A stretch of DNA of 62,328 nt, counting the filler, from Stramenopiles sp. TOSAG23-6 (taxonomy: Eukaryota): the NCBI GenBank assembly GCA_900128565.1. It is 33 parts of 33 records of this genome, joined end to end, with 100 filler letters (N's around TTAATTAATTAA, not from the genome) between each part and the next. Parts side by side here need not be neighbours in the genome. Positions count along the whole stretch, not along the records: positions 11,440 to 13,241 come from LT638580.1; positions 13,342 to 15,143 come from LT638581.1; positions 15,244 to 17,043 come from LT638582.1; positions 17,144 to 18,941 come from LT638583.1; positions 19,042 to 20,838 come from LT638584.1; positions 20,939 to 22,735 come from LT638585.1; positions 22,836 to 24,631 come from LT638586.1; 26 more parts are not named here. One strand, written 5' to 3'. Under the pieces are notes generated by a model. It was not told the DNA's origin, searched no databases, and was given only the letters and a program-made list of their open reading frames with translations. The translations under genes were made by a program, and so were the position numbers. Positions 11,542 through 22,889 of this stretch are shown piece after piece (position 1 is the first letter of the stretch; each line of letters opens with the position of its first letter).

Positions 11542-13228
11542 TCTTTAGCAGATTGTGGCAATCAATATCTTCTCGCCCTAGGTATTAAAAAATCAGAAAA
11601 ATTACCCACTGGTGTTCACGTTTGTTTATAGTATTCATTTTTTGTATTTTTTGTATTTTTTTTATTTTTTCTATTTTTTCTATTTTTTGTATTTTTTTTA
11701 ATTAGGGTTAGGGTTTAATATCAAATACGAAAATTCCATTCCTACTGAAACAAAACCTAATGTTTTTTTTTTTAACTATAAAATATTGTTACACAATATA
11801 TCCATATGGTTATGCTAATGAAAGATACATTTTTGGTCTTATGTCAGGAGTTGGAATGTACGTTTTCATCATTTTTTTTTTTTTTTTTTAAATATTTTTT
11901 TTCGTACGAAATTTTGTACCTAACAATTTTTTTTAGATTTTTTTAGAATTTTTCAAACTACATCTTCTTCTTAGGTTGCGGGGTCACTTGTTACCATGGA
12001 CTCCATTTATTATTCAATCCACAACCTCTGGACAACCTTCCATTAGGAATAGGTATCATGGCAACTGCAGGAGCCATTGAAGGATACACTTTACACGTAT
12101 GTTGAATTTGTATTATTATTTTGAAAAAAAAATTGAAATTTTTTTTGAAATTTTTTTTTGAAATTTTTTTTTAGACGTCATTTAAAATAGCAAAAAAAAA
12201 AAAAAAACTAATTTTTTTTTTTTTTTGAAATACGTTTTCACAATATTTGTCGCCATTCAAGCCGTTCGTAATGCTGCAAGAGAAACAAGAATGACATTTG
12301 GAGATTATATTCGAAAAGGCCCAGATCCTGTACGTTTTTTTTTTTTTTTTTTACTTTTTTTTCAAATTCGAATTTTTTTTTTTCGTACGAAATTTTGTAC
12401 CTAACAATTTTTTTTTTTTTTTTACGGAAAAAAAAAATTTTGAAATATTTTTCTACAATACATGTATCNACGGCTGTATTATTAGAGGATGGAGCTGCTG
12501 TAACTGGCGTGTTTATTGCTGGATCTTGTATGGCAATGACCCACATAACTGGTAACTTACTATGGGATGCTGTAGGAACACTATTTGTTGGTGGTTTGCT
12601 AGGTGGTGTTGGTATAGTTATGGTACAAAAAAATAGAGAAATGTTGTTTGTGTTCATCATGCAATTCATTTAAAATTAAGTTTTTTTTTTTTTTTTTTTT
12701 TTTACCTAACAAAAAACAATTTTGATTTTTTTTTTTCACAATGTATGGTTGGTCGATCTGTAGACCCAAAGAGGTTGAAAGAATTAGAAGATATACTAGA
12801 AGAGGATAGTATGATTACTGCTGTTCATGATGTATGTTTTTTTTTTTTAATTTCCAAAACATTTTTTTTATAGTAAATTTCGTACCTAACAAGAAATTTT
12901 AGATTTTTTTTGAAATATTTTTCCAAAATACATGTAAAGGCAACAATCACAGGAGCCGACGATGTTAGATTTAAAGTAGAAATTCAGTTTAATGGTATTA
13001 ATTTGGCAAGAAAATATATTCGAGATCATGTTTGTTATTTTTACAAACCCTAACCCTAACCCTAGTGTAATTTTTTTTTGAACTTTTTTTTTTTTTGAAC
13101 TTTTTGTACCTAACACAAAAAAATCATATTTTATATTTTTTACAACACATCCTCGTGAAATTGCAAAAATGCCAAGTACAATAAACACGCAAGCAGATTT
13201 AGAAGTGTATCTACAAGTGTTTGGAGAT
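11542..13228 (+). CDS. SLC30A9: Cation diffusion facilitator ZnT9/SLC30A9-like (partial; 8 exons, 9 family introns)
   Basis: Spliced SLADCGNQYLLALG...HPYGY...SGVGIFFLG...DPVSTAVLLEDGAAV...LVGRS...VHDVKAT...RFKVEIQFNG is collinear with ZnT9/MTP7; introns 11620-11801, 11858-11963, 12097-12248, 12330-12463, 12646-12746, 12832-12933, 13030-13150. Confidence 0.92.
12330..12463 (+). mobile_element. Introner-like intron, GT...AT without upstream AT (register-diagnostic)
   Basis: gat cct|GTACGTT...AATACAT|gta keeps conserved DP; shifting to an xx...AC register gives DH. Confidence 0.88.
12832..12933 (+). mobile_element. Introner-like intron, GT...AT, near-consensus copy
   Basis: cat gat|GTATGTTTT...CCAAAATACAT|gta aag restores HD|VKAT. 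Confidence 0.9.
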
Positions 13229-13484
13229 GTATGTTTTTTTTNNNNNNNNNNNNNNNNNNNNNNNNNNNNNNNNNNNNNNNNNNNNTTAATTAATTAANNN
13301 NNNNNNNNNNNNNNNNNNNNNNNNNNNNNNNNNNNNNNNNNTGGGATGGGTGGTATTGGGATGGGTTTTTATTGGTATGTGATTTTATTAAGTTTTTCTT
13401 TAATAAAGTATAATGTATCATTAATATATTAGTAAGTAGTTGCCATTGCAGGCTATCAGAAGTTATTGCAAGCTTCTTCAAGCA

Positions 13485-14230
13485 ATGGGTGACCATAGAA
13501 GAGATGATTGCATGAAGGTTGTTGTATGGTTGTGTCCTTTTAATTCCCAAGAAAAACGCAACTGACATCAACAGATTGTCTCAATGAATCTTCCCATTAA
13601 TCATTGTGTTATTGATAATCCAGGAAAATGTGATAGTTCATCTAATGATATTCAACAAAAACTAGTCAACGGAGACAGTAAAAAGTTCACGTTTGATTGT
13701 GTCTTTGACATGAATGTCACACAAGAGGAAGCATACGAGGAAACTGGTTATAAGCTTGTAGAGAGTGTGATGCAAGGCTTTAATGGTACGATATTTGCGT
13801 ATGGACAAACATGGTGTGGGAAAACATTTTACAATGCAAGGCGTTGATGATTCACCTGAGCTTAGAGGTTTGATTCCTTGTGCATTTGACCACTTATTTG
13901 AAAACAATTGTGCATCAGTTACTACAGAATATTTAGTTCAAGCTTCGTACCTAGAAATATACAACAAGGAGGTCCGTGATTTGGTTGGAGTTGATTCTAA
14001 AAAAACACTTGAACTGAAGGAGCATCCAGAAAAAGGCGTTTACATTAAAGGCTTAAGCACACAAGTTGTAGAGAGTGTTGCAGCAATTGAAGATGTCATG
14101 CGCAAAGGTTTTGCTAAAGGAGCAGTCGGCTTGACAATGATGAATGCAGAATCATTGCACTCACATTCTATATTTACTATTGTAATTGAGTCAAACACAC
14201 CTGATGAACAAGGTAATTTTGTAGTACACC
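13485..14230 (+). pseudogene. Kinesin-2-like motor domain pseudogene (truncated)
   Basis: [25 protein letters not shown] motifs; in-frame TGA 13563, frameshift ~13830, damaged P-loop (GQTWCGK) and switch I (SLHSH). Confidence 0.85.
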
Positions 14231-14742
14231 ATCCAAATTTTAGTATCCAAATCTTAGTTGTAAATAGGTCCCGAAATAGTAAGTAGGTCCCGATTCCCGA
14301 AATAGTCGCCAATTGACATGTCAAAAAAATTCAAAAAAAAAAAAGGGGTTTTTTTCTATGTGACGTCATTTTTGTAAAATTATTTTTGTGACGTCATTTT
14401 TGTAAAAATATTTTTGTTTCCGACGGAAATTACACGAAAAATGAGTATTCCGTTGGAAACTCTTTGGTAAACACGAAATATCGCGTAAAAAAAATAAAAA
14501 AATCTAATCGGATCTCAGTTCATTTTTGAAATTAGTGGGAGGTAAAAAATAAATTTGTGGCAAGGTTGCAGACCAGAGTATAAAAATTCATACCACAATT
14601 TTTTTTGTATTCATCTCTAAAGATGCTGTAATATGCCCATTGGATGGCCAATAAGCCGAATCATATTTTTTTGACAGTTTTTTTTTTCACCAAAGTGAGT
14701 GGTATTTTTGTAGAACACTTGTTTCACTAAAATCAAAAAGTG

Positions 14743-14889
14743 TTTTTTTGCGCCAAATTTTTTTGCGCCAAATTTTTTCGCGCCAAATTTTTTTCCGCCA
14801 AATTTTCAAATGTATATATACATAGAGCTCTCCGCAGGAGCCCGCCTGGAGGGCAAAGAGCTCTCCACATGGAGCCCACCTGGAGGGCA
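14743..14889. repeat. Short tandem repeats: 4x TTTTT(G/C)CGCCAAA-like 15-mer, then 2x ~33-bp AGAGCTCTCC...GGAGCCC.CCTGGAGGGCA
   Basis: Read directly. Confidence 0.85.
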
Positions 14890-15292
14890 TTAATAATGTA
14901 TACGCAACTGTCCATATTTTTAAACTTTTTTTTCCCTTTTTTTTCCTTTTTTTCCCTTTTTTTTCCCTTTTTTTCACTTTTTTTTTCTTTTTTTTCTTTC
15001 ATTTTTTTTTTCTTTCATTTTTAGGGTTGATTACCACTTCGTTGTATGACTTATTTTGTTTTTTTCCTTAAATTTTTTTTTAAATTCTATTTTACCCTTG
15101 GAGGGTCATGGGTCACAGTCACATTTTTATTTACAAGCTCTCCNNNNNNNNNNNNNNNNNNNNNNNNNNNNNNNNNNNNNNNNNNNNTTAATTAATTAAN
15201 NNNNNNNNNNNNNNNNNNNNNNNNNNNNNNNNNNNNNNNNNNNAACAATTTTTTTTTTTTAGAAAATTTTGAAATATTTTTCCAAAATAAAT

Positions 15293-16691
15293 CAACAACC
15301 TATTTTACAAATGGCGGAAAAATGTATACAATTATTAGGGTTTGATGATATTTCATATAAAACAAAAATGGCATCTGTGAATTGTCTCCTTCAAATCTGT
15401 CATAGTTTACGTATATTTCAGTATAATATTCGTATAACAAGTGCTGATATAAAACGTTTTGTATATATATTGTTGGATGGAATATCAAATTGTGAAGCTC
15501 AAATAAAAACACGAAAAACATTTCAAAATGTTCAAAAACAAATAACACAAATAACACAAATAACACAAATAATAAAAACAAAAATGTTGAAACAAAAAAA
15601 CTGCATCACAAATGCATGAAAAAAAGTGCAATATTATGTTTTGAAACGTTATTCACAACACCGCCTCATTCCGGAAAAAAATCTTGGTTTTTACGTGAAA
15701 TGATACCAGATATAATTCTTTCTCATAGATACATTCATTTTTAGAGATTTTTAATGTTTCATTATTTTCGATGAATTGTGATATATTCAGACCTAACATT
15801 GGAAAACTACTATATTTTGGAAAATATTTCAAAAAAAATCTAAAAAAATCGTAATGTAAATATAATCAAAATATTTGCTTTAATTGCATCTAAACCACGT
15901 CAACTGCCATTGAATGGTTCTATTGTAGCTAATTTGTTGTATGGTGTTGTACCGGTTATAGAAATGTGCACTTTGATATTTTCAAATCCTTCTCAATATT
16001 TTCAAACAACACAAAACACACGAAATCCATCAGATGTACAAAACACACGAAATCCACCAGATATACATCATTGCAAATTGAATTGTACACAAAATGAAAT
16101 ATTTGACCTTTTGAAAAATACATTTGAGTTATTATTAGCATTATTACAATATAGGCCACAACAAATGAGGAACTGTTTACCGATATGTATGTTTTTCATT
16201 ATTCATTTCAATTTTAAATTTCAAAATTAAATTTCAATTTCAATTTTAAATTTCATTTTTTTCAATACAAAATTGTATACCTAACAAAACAATCACAATA
16301 TTTTGAAATATTTTTGCAAAATACATGCACAACAATTATTCGAAACGTCTTGAGGTTATACTGTACATATCCTACACAATTGCCTCTGGATTCATTACAA
16401 CTTTTGACACGTGTCATTGAAACTATGAATAATGAAACGTTACAAAGTGCGACTCGTCATCATGCGGTGTATATTCTATATGATTATTGTACTATTGCAT
16501 CGTCACTTGTAATACCGATACCTCTTAATGTCAATGCAATTTTAAAAATTGGAATTTTTTATATATTAGATACATGCACAAAACACGAATTACAGCAACT
16601 TCATGTTATGTTGAAGCCTCCAGGGAGAGCTTATTTGAAGTTGTTACATCAGAGCTACTTGAAAGAACACAAATATCATGGAAATGTATAG
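15293..16691 (+). CDS. URB2: URB2/Npa2 nucleolar protein, C-terminal part (intron 16187-16326 GT-AT; 15590-15865 unresolved)
   Basis: C-terminal GIFYILDTC...LQQLHVML...GRAYLKLLHQSY...KYHGNV matches the Urb2 domain pattern. Confidence 0.72.
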
Positions 16692-17258
16692 ATGTGTAGA
16701 AGTGAATGTCATAGTTTGATTAAAAAAATGAAAAAAAATATTCAAAACAATTTATTCAAAACATAAATTTCAAAAAAATAAATTTTATGTTCAATCTTTA
16801 TCGATTTTTTTTGATATTGTCAAACTTTTCGTTTTTGTGTATTTTGTGTATTTTTTGTACATCAACGGATTACTTATTGTTGGAGTTGTATATGGTTACA
16901 CTTTTTCTTTTCGTTTCAAACGAAATCGTAAGGAAACGTTTATTAGAACAAATTCGAAATTTAAAATTTTTAATATGTCCAAAGCAAAGTAGAACAATGT
17001 AGGATTAAGGTTTATTATTTTCTCATTTAAATTTCACATTACTNNNNNNNNNNNNNNNNNNNNNNNNNNNNNNNNNNNNNNNNNNNNTTAATTAATTAAN
17101 NNNNNNNNNNNNNNNNNNNNNNNNNNNNNNNNNNNNNNNNNNNTATTTTGGAAAAATATTTGAAAAAAAATTCTAAAAAATTTGTTAGGTACAAAATTTT
17201 CAAAAAAAAAAAAAATCGATTTTTTTTTTTCGAAAACAAAAAAAAAAATAAAACATAC

Positions 17259-17905
17259 ATGCTTGCAGTATTGCTGTATGGTACACGTGACCAGAATGCA
17301 TTTTCCATACCAGCGAAATGATATCTCGGCATAAGTTTCGCTGCAAGTTCGTCCAAAATGATTGATCTACAAATTTTGTTGGAATGATGATTGCTGAGTG
17401 GTGGAGGGGAAAACTTTGCAGGTAATTCTTTAGTCACACTTAGCGGCCATTGAGACGTAAGTAAAATATCAACACCAGAAAACTCCTTGTTTGTATCCTC
17501 TTTCCGGTGTTTCTTTACCGTCTGAATCATTTTTCTTACTGCTAATGTTGCCTCTCCGTCCAAAGTTTGAGGAAATGAACCTGACAAAAATGCGACTGAA
17601 AGACCACAAATTATACTGATACCAGAACGACCTAAGAAATGAAGATTTTCTGAAATTGTACCTCCTTCNGGATACTTTTCCAATAAATGACTATTATTAT
17701 CAGAAACAATAAAGTATGTTGGTAGGGGTAACTCAACTGTTGACAAAGTTACAAAGTCATTTGTCCCTGGAGTTGAAAACTGACCGACACAAAATAGAGC
17801 ATCAAATGGACCATGTTTAGATGCCTGAATTTTACAAACTCTTTTACGCAGAGTCTCATATTGACCATTTACATCTCCACAAACAAGAACCTTGGCCTTT
17901 TTCAT
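17259..17905 (-). CDS. CWF19L1: CWF19-like protein 1 (Drn1), N-terminal pseudo-metallophosphatase exon
   Basis: KVLVCGDVNG...KHGPFDALFCVGQF...VDILLTSQWP...PRYHFAG...F..RVPY; followed by family intron starting at 17258. Confidence 0.9.
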
Positions 17906-18255
17906 TATATCCTTCGGTAGAAGGAATGATTCCAAAAGGTAAACCTTCCTATTTTATTTTATTATATATTATGCTCGTGTTGTTGTTGTTGTTGTTGGAG
18001 AGAAATCGAAAATAAAAGACGCGCGAAATCTCAAATTTTCGTACGTAAATTCTTATAGTAAACCATGAACCTCGTATCTACGCTAGGGTTAGGGTTTGAC
18101 GACACGTGCCGCTTTTTTTGTCTCGCACACACACACATGCAAATAGTGTTGTAACTTGTGAGAACGCGTACTNCCACTTGCTATAAAAATACGNAANTTG
18201 TATAAGGTCTGTGATTCATTNTAGTTTATTTTAGATTCAATTAAATAGTTTTCAA

Positions 18256-18432
18256 ATGGCCAAGAAGAAGGCAGCACGTGTTGTAATGAAGTTGCTATCT
18301 TCTGCTGGTACGGGGTTTTTTTATACATTCAAGAAGAATCCAAGAAATACACCGTTCAAGGTAGCGTTACGAAAATATGACCCTATTGTTCGTCGTCACG
18401 TACTCTTCCAGGAAGCAAAGTTAAAGAAATAA
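18256..18432 (+). CDS. MRPL33: Mitochondrial-type ribosomal protein bL33, 58 aa (below ORF-track cut-off)
   Basis: [58 protein letters not shown]. Confidence 0.95.
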   Translation: MAKKKAARVVMKLLSSAGTGFFYTFKKNPRNTPFKVALRKYDPIVRRHVLFQEAKLKK

Positions 18433-19100
18433 GTAGCACACATTTTCATGGTACTTATTATGTGGTTGTATGCGTGTAAATGAGCAAAGATAAACAAAGA
18501 TTATGTGGTTGTATGCGGTGTAAATGAACAAAGATAAACAAAGTGTAGTCATTACAATAGAAAAACGTTGAGCGCCTTTTCATAGTTGTGCAATGACTAT
18601 TTGATTATTTGAGTTGAGTCAACTTTTAACTTGTTTTATCAACATCAATAGAAGAATCACACAACGTTGTACACAATAGAAAGTCATTTAAAACCATTTA
18701 AAGCCATACACACAAAGTAACACGAAATATTATCATTACCAGAGTAGTCAATTTATAAAAACAAAAAAAATTGTATCAATATTTTTGTACGTAGTGTGTA
18801 TTATCGACGTCGCCATGGAGCATCCCACCTAGCCGTGACTTGAGCATCAGCAGTTGAAACACGTTTTATAGGTGTCAATGGCTCATCTAAATCATCACCT
18901 CCTCGAATTATTTCTGGATTGATGCCAAAATGATTTGAATCNNNNNNNNNNNNNNNNNNNNNNNNNNNNNNNNNNNNNNNNNNNNTTAATTAATTAANNN
19001 NNNNNNNNNNNNNNNNNNNNNNNNNNNNNNNNNNNNNNNNNAAATTTTGTACCTAACAAATTTTAGTTTTTTTTTTTTGAAATATTTTTCCAAAATGCAT

Positions 19101-20773
19101 TTAGCTGCTACGAACACCTCCATTCCTTTCGGTATTGAAGAGATTCTTTTAAATGGTACAATGCGTATTGAATTCTACCGTTTTACATCTGCGTTGCCTC
19201 CATTTGAGGAACTATCTGTATCTTTCGTGGGTCTTCCTAGATTAGAATATTCTTTAAAAGCACTCTCAGATGTTTTCAATCCAGCCTCATGTATGTTTTA
19301 TTTTTTTTTGTATGAATTTTTTTTAGTACGAAATTTTGTACCTAACAAAAATTTAATTTTTTTTTGAAATATTTTTCCAAAATACATGGCCTGGCGTCAA
19401 GGGAAAGATTAGACAGGGAATCATAGACTCTCTTGAAACATTAATGGTATGGCCCAATCGCATTGCTACGCCTCTCGTAGAACAAGAATTGACGACGGAA
19501 AGAGACATCTTGGAGATTGCACTGCTAGATGCAGAAGTATTTAATCGTGGTAACAAGCCTAATATTTTTTGTAGGGTTCAATTTGGCGAAACAAATAAGA
19601 TCATAAACACTGAAAAACAAATGGAAGAAACGAGTGTAGTTTGGAATACAAACACACCCACTTGGAATACTGAAGTGTATCTACATATAAATCCAGCGCA
19701 GATAAAATCTTTGCCTACGATATCTGTATGGAGTTATAAACCAGATTCTTACATTGGCGAAGTAAATATGCGTTCATTAAATAAAATGGTTGAATGTGAA
19801 ATTTATGAAGATTGGCTTACGTTCCGAAACAAAAAAAATGGTGTGGAAGGTAGAATTCACGTAAAATCAAGATTAAAACAAAACGTTGATAATGATGAAA
19901 ATAATGAAATTTCTACACTCTCTACTGAAATTGGTATGAATATGAATAGCAAACATGCTAATGATAAAAGTGATGCTACTGGTGTATTAAAAGATAGCCT
20001 TAATGCATCAAATAAACATCCAGAAACACCTAGAAAAACTATAAAAAGTCAAACATCTAGTACCATAAATACTATTGAGGGGGTCGGGCTTGGACTGAAC
20101 CCTAACCCTAATGGAAATATTGATACACATATTTTCAACCCACACGGATCAGGGTCTTTAATACAACCACGTGGAAATCTACTCTCCTCTCGTGAACTCA
20201 AGATTACTAAAACGATGTACGTTTTTATCATTTTAAAAAAATCCAAAATTATTTTGTTTTACTATGAAAAAATTCTAAATATAATTTTTTTTCAAAAACA
20301 AAAATATTTTTTCACAATATATATTATCAGTATTTAAAAGTATTTTTTCTGGGTCTGATTTGGTAGAGTGGTTACTTAGAAGTGACTATTGTTCATCTAT
20401 GGCAGAAGCTGTAAATATTGGTAAAAAATTGATTAGTGTATATGCGTTATTACCAGCTCAAACTGAACATTTCCCAGGAAATTCTACATCTAGTTATATT
20501 GTACATGTATGTTTTATTTTTTTTTTAACAAAAAATTCGATTTTTTTTTTCGTACGAAATGTTGTACCTAACAAATTGAAATTTTTTTTTTGAAATATTT
20601 TTCCAAAATACATGTTCTTGTAAAAGTCCAATTAGAACTGACAAAACGAAAGGTAGATATTTTACCTGAGTTAAGATGTATTTTAGAGGGTATGAGTCGT
20701 CTTACCTTTGATGTAGATGTCGAAACATTTCGAAATTCCATGAAACAATCTTCACTGAAAAAACTTTTATCAT
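19101..20773 (+). CDS. SMP-C2-DEP domain protein (partial; GT-AT introns 19291-19387, 20217-20322, 20507-20613)
   Basis: SMP-like GTMRIEF...PPFEELSVSF...VWPNRI; C2-like TPTWNTE; DEP-like FSGSDLVEWL. Confidence 0.7.
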
Positions 20774-20938
20774 GTATGTTTTATTTTTTTTTTAACAAAA
20801 AAATCGATTTTTTTTTTCGTACGAAATTTTGTACCTAANNNNNNNNNNNNNNNNNNNNNNNNNNNNNNNNNNNNNNNNNNNNTTAATTAATTAANNNNNN
20901 NNNNNNNNNNNNNNNNNNNNNNNNNNNNNNNNNNNNNN

Positions 20939-21768
20939 CAAAGTAGTAGATGAAGCTCTAATATCGAAAAATTTGAAAATATGTTCCCAATGTTCACAAG
21001 AAGATTCTAGGCTAGCACGGCATCTCTTAGAGGAACATTTTTTTCGTGCAATAGATCATATTGATGTAAGTTATGAATTACCCGCTCAGTGTATACTTCG
21101 ACGCGAAAAGGATTGTTTTCATGATTTTGAAAAGAACAAGCATCGCATAAGCTATTCACAGCATTCATGCGCATAATGGTTCAAAATTGCACATGGGTGG
21201 TAAAAGCAATATATTTTCTAGAAATTGTTACAAAGGGTCGAAAGAAACAGAAAAAAGAAGAAATGAGTGCCTTAGTTTAGCCCAAACATGTTTCCCTATA
21301 GATTCTAGTGAACAAGCGAAACACCTTAATGAGGTGTTTGTATCGCAATATTGCAATGCTCTTGTTTGTGACTTGGGTACCCATCATAAACTTCATAGTA
21401 TTAAAGAAACAAAATTTCTAGAAAACAAATCGTTAGGTACGGAATTTAGTAGTAAAAAGAACAAAAATAAGTACGTAGGCTCTGCTTCAATGCTATCAAA
21501 GACAATAACAAAAACTTTAGATAAAGAAGCTTGGAGTAACGTTTTCATCTACATTCTAGTGGCAATAAGTCTTTACTTTTTTGTTATGAATTTTATTGAA
21601 AAAGTTTGGAGAGTTTCACCATGTGATGAATTTGGTCGTAATCCTATTGTTACATCTAGCACATATTCTCTAATAAGTTCATACTTTCGGCCTCTCTTTT
21701 CTTTTTTAAAATATATATATAATGGATGTAGAAAATTATTTCAACAAGCAAAACATAAAATTACTTGA
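20939..21768 (+). CDS. Hypothetical protein with C-terminal TM segment (3' part, frameshift near 21170)
   Basis: Two adjacent ORFs in different frames. Confidence 0.5.
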
Positions 21769-21859
21769 TTGTCACAATAAACTTGAAAAAATATTTATTT
21801 TTTTTAATTTTTTGGAATCAAAAAAATCAAAAAATAGTAATTAAAATTTGTTTTTAAAA

Positions 21860-22735
21860 TTATCTCGATACAGCATCTGCTGGAGCGAGTGAGTTATGAT
21901 CAAAAACACCAGAATCGATTTTTCTATTTAGATGGTCTAGGCAACGTATAGATAAATCAAAACGACTCAATGATGTACGCATTTTTGTCTTATGCACATA
22001 ATTGCCTCTTCCTGTAGGACTAAATCTTGTAGGTTTTGGAACCCATTCTCTCTTTCTAGAACTTCCAATACGACCACCAGCATACGCAGTAACAGGTCTA
22101 GTATTTCTACTTGTCAATTTATCTATTGAATGCCATGTATTTTGGAAAAATATTTCATTTTTTTTTCAATTTATTAGGTACAAAATTTCGTACGAAAAAA
22201 AAATCGAATTTGAAAAAAAATAAAACATACATGAATAATCATTAGGTTTACGATTTCTAATTGGTTTACCTAAAATCTGACGGAATAATAAGTCATCATT
22301 ATTCTGTTGAGATTGTTTACGATATTTTTGACATGATACATTTTTATTTTCCATTGCATAGTGTTGACCATTTGTTTTAATAATGTCAAGTTTCCCACAT
22401 ATCCCACATCGATCAATACCTGATCCATTTTCACATCCACACACTTGACACTTCCACCACGTTTTTTTTCCTTTTATTAAAGAAGGATCTTTTACTTTTG
22501 TCCTACGTTTAAATCGCTTCTCCGAAGATCCTTGTTCAAGCCAATCTGTAAATTCATTGACAGATAATTCTCCATTTCCGTCTATATCAACTGCATGAAA
22601 TATGAGCTCCAGTTCTGAATCTGACGTCTTTGTTTTGCTTATTTTAGCATCCCTTCGAAGAGCAGTGATGAACTCTTTAAGGTCTAAAGTTCCATCATTA
22701 TTTCGGTCATAAAAACGAAATAACTTTTCAAAATC
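21860..22735 (-). CDS. EF-hand plus RanBP2-type zinc-finger protein (3' part; GT-AT intron 22230-22135)
   Basis: DRNNDGTLD and DIDGNGELS loops; WKCQVC...N...C..C; frames join as DYS|WHS. Confidence 0.75.
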
Positions 22736-22889
22736 NNNNNNNNNNNNNNNNNNNNNNNNNNNNNNNNNNNNNNNNNNNNTTAATTAATTAANNNNNNNNN
22801 NNNNNNNNNNNNNNNNNNNNNNNNNNNNNNNNNNNTTGTACCTAACAATTTTTTTAGATTTTTTTTTGAAATATTTTTCCAAAATACAT

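Noticed and set aside
1988-17905. Cluster of splicing-factor genes
   Set aside because: CWC22 and CWF19L1 lie on separate length-sorted contigs; co-occurrence is chance
19289-19387. Ciliate-IES-like DNA excision (dinucleotide-flanked, short TIR)
   Set aside because: Strong sense-strand bias, branch motif, GTATGT donors and copies lacking the duplicated AT favour RNA splicing; not formally excluded without RNA data
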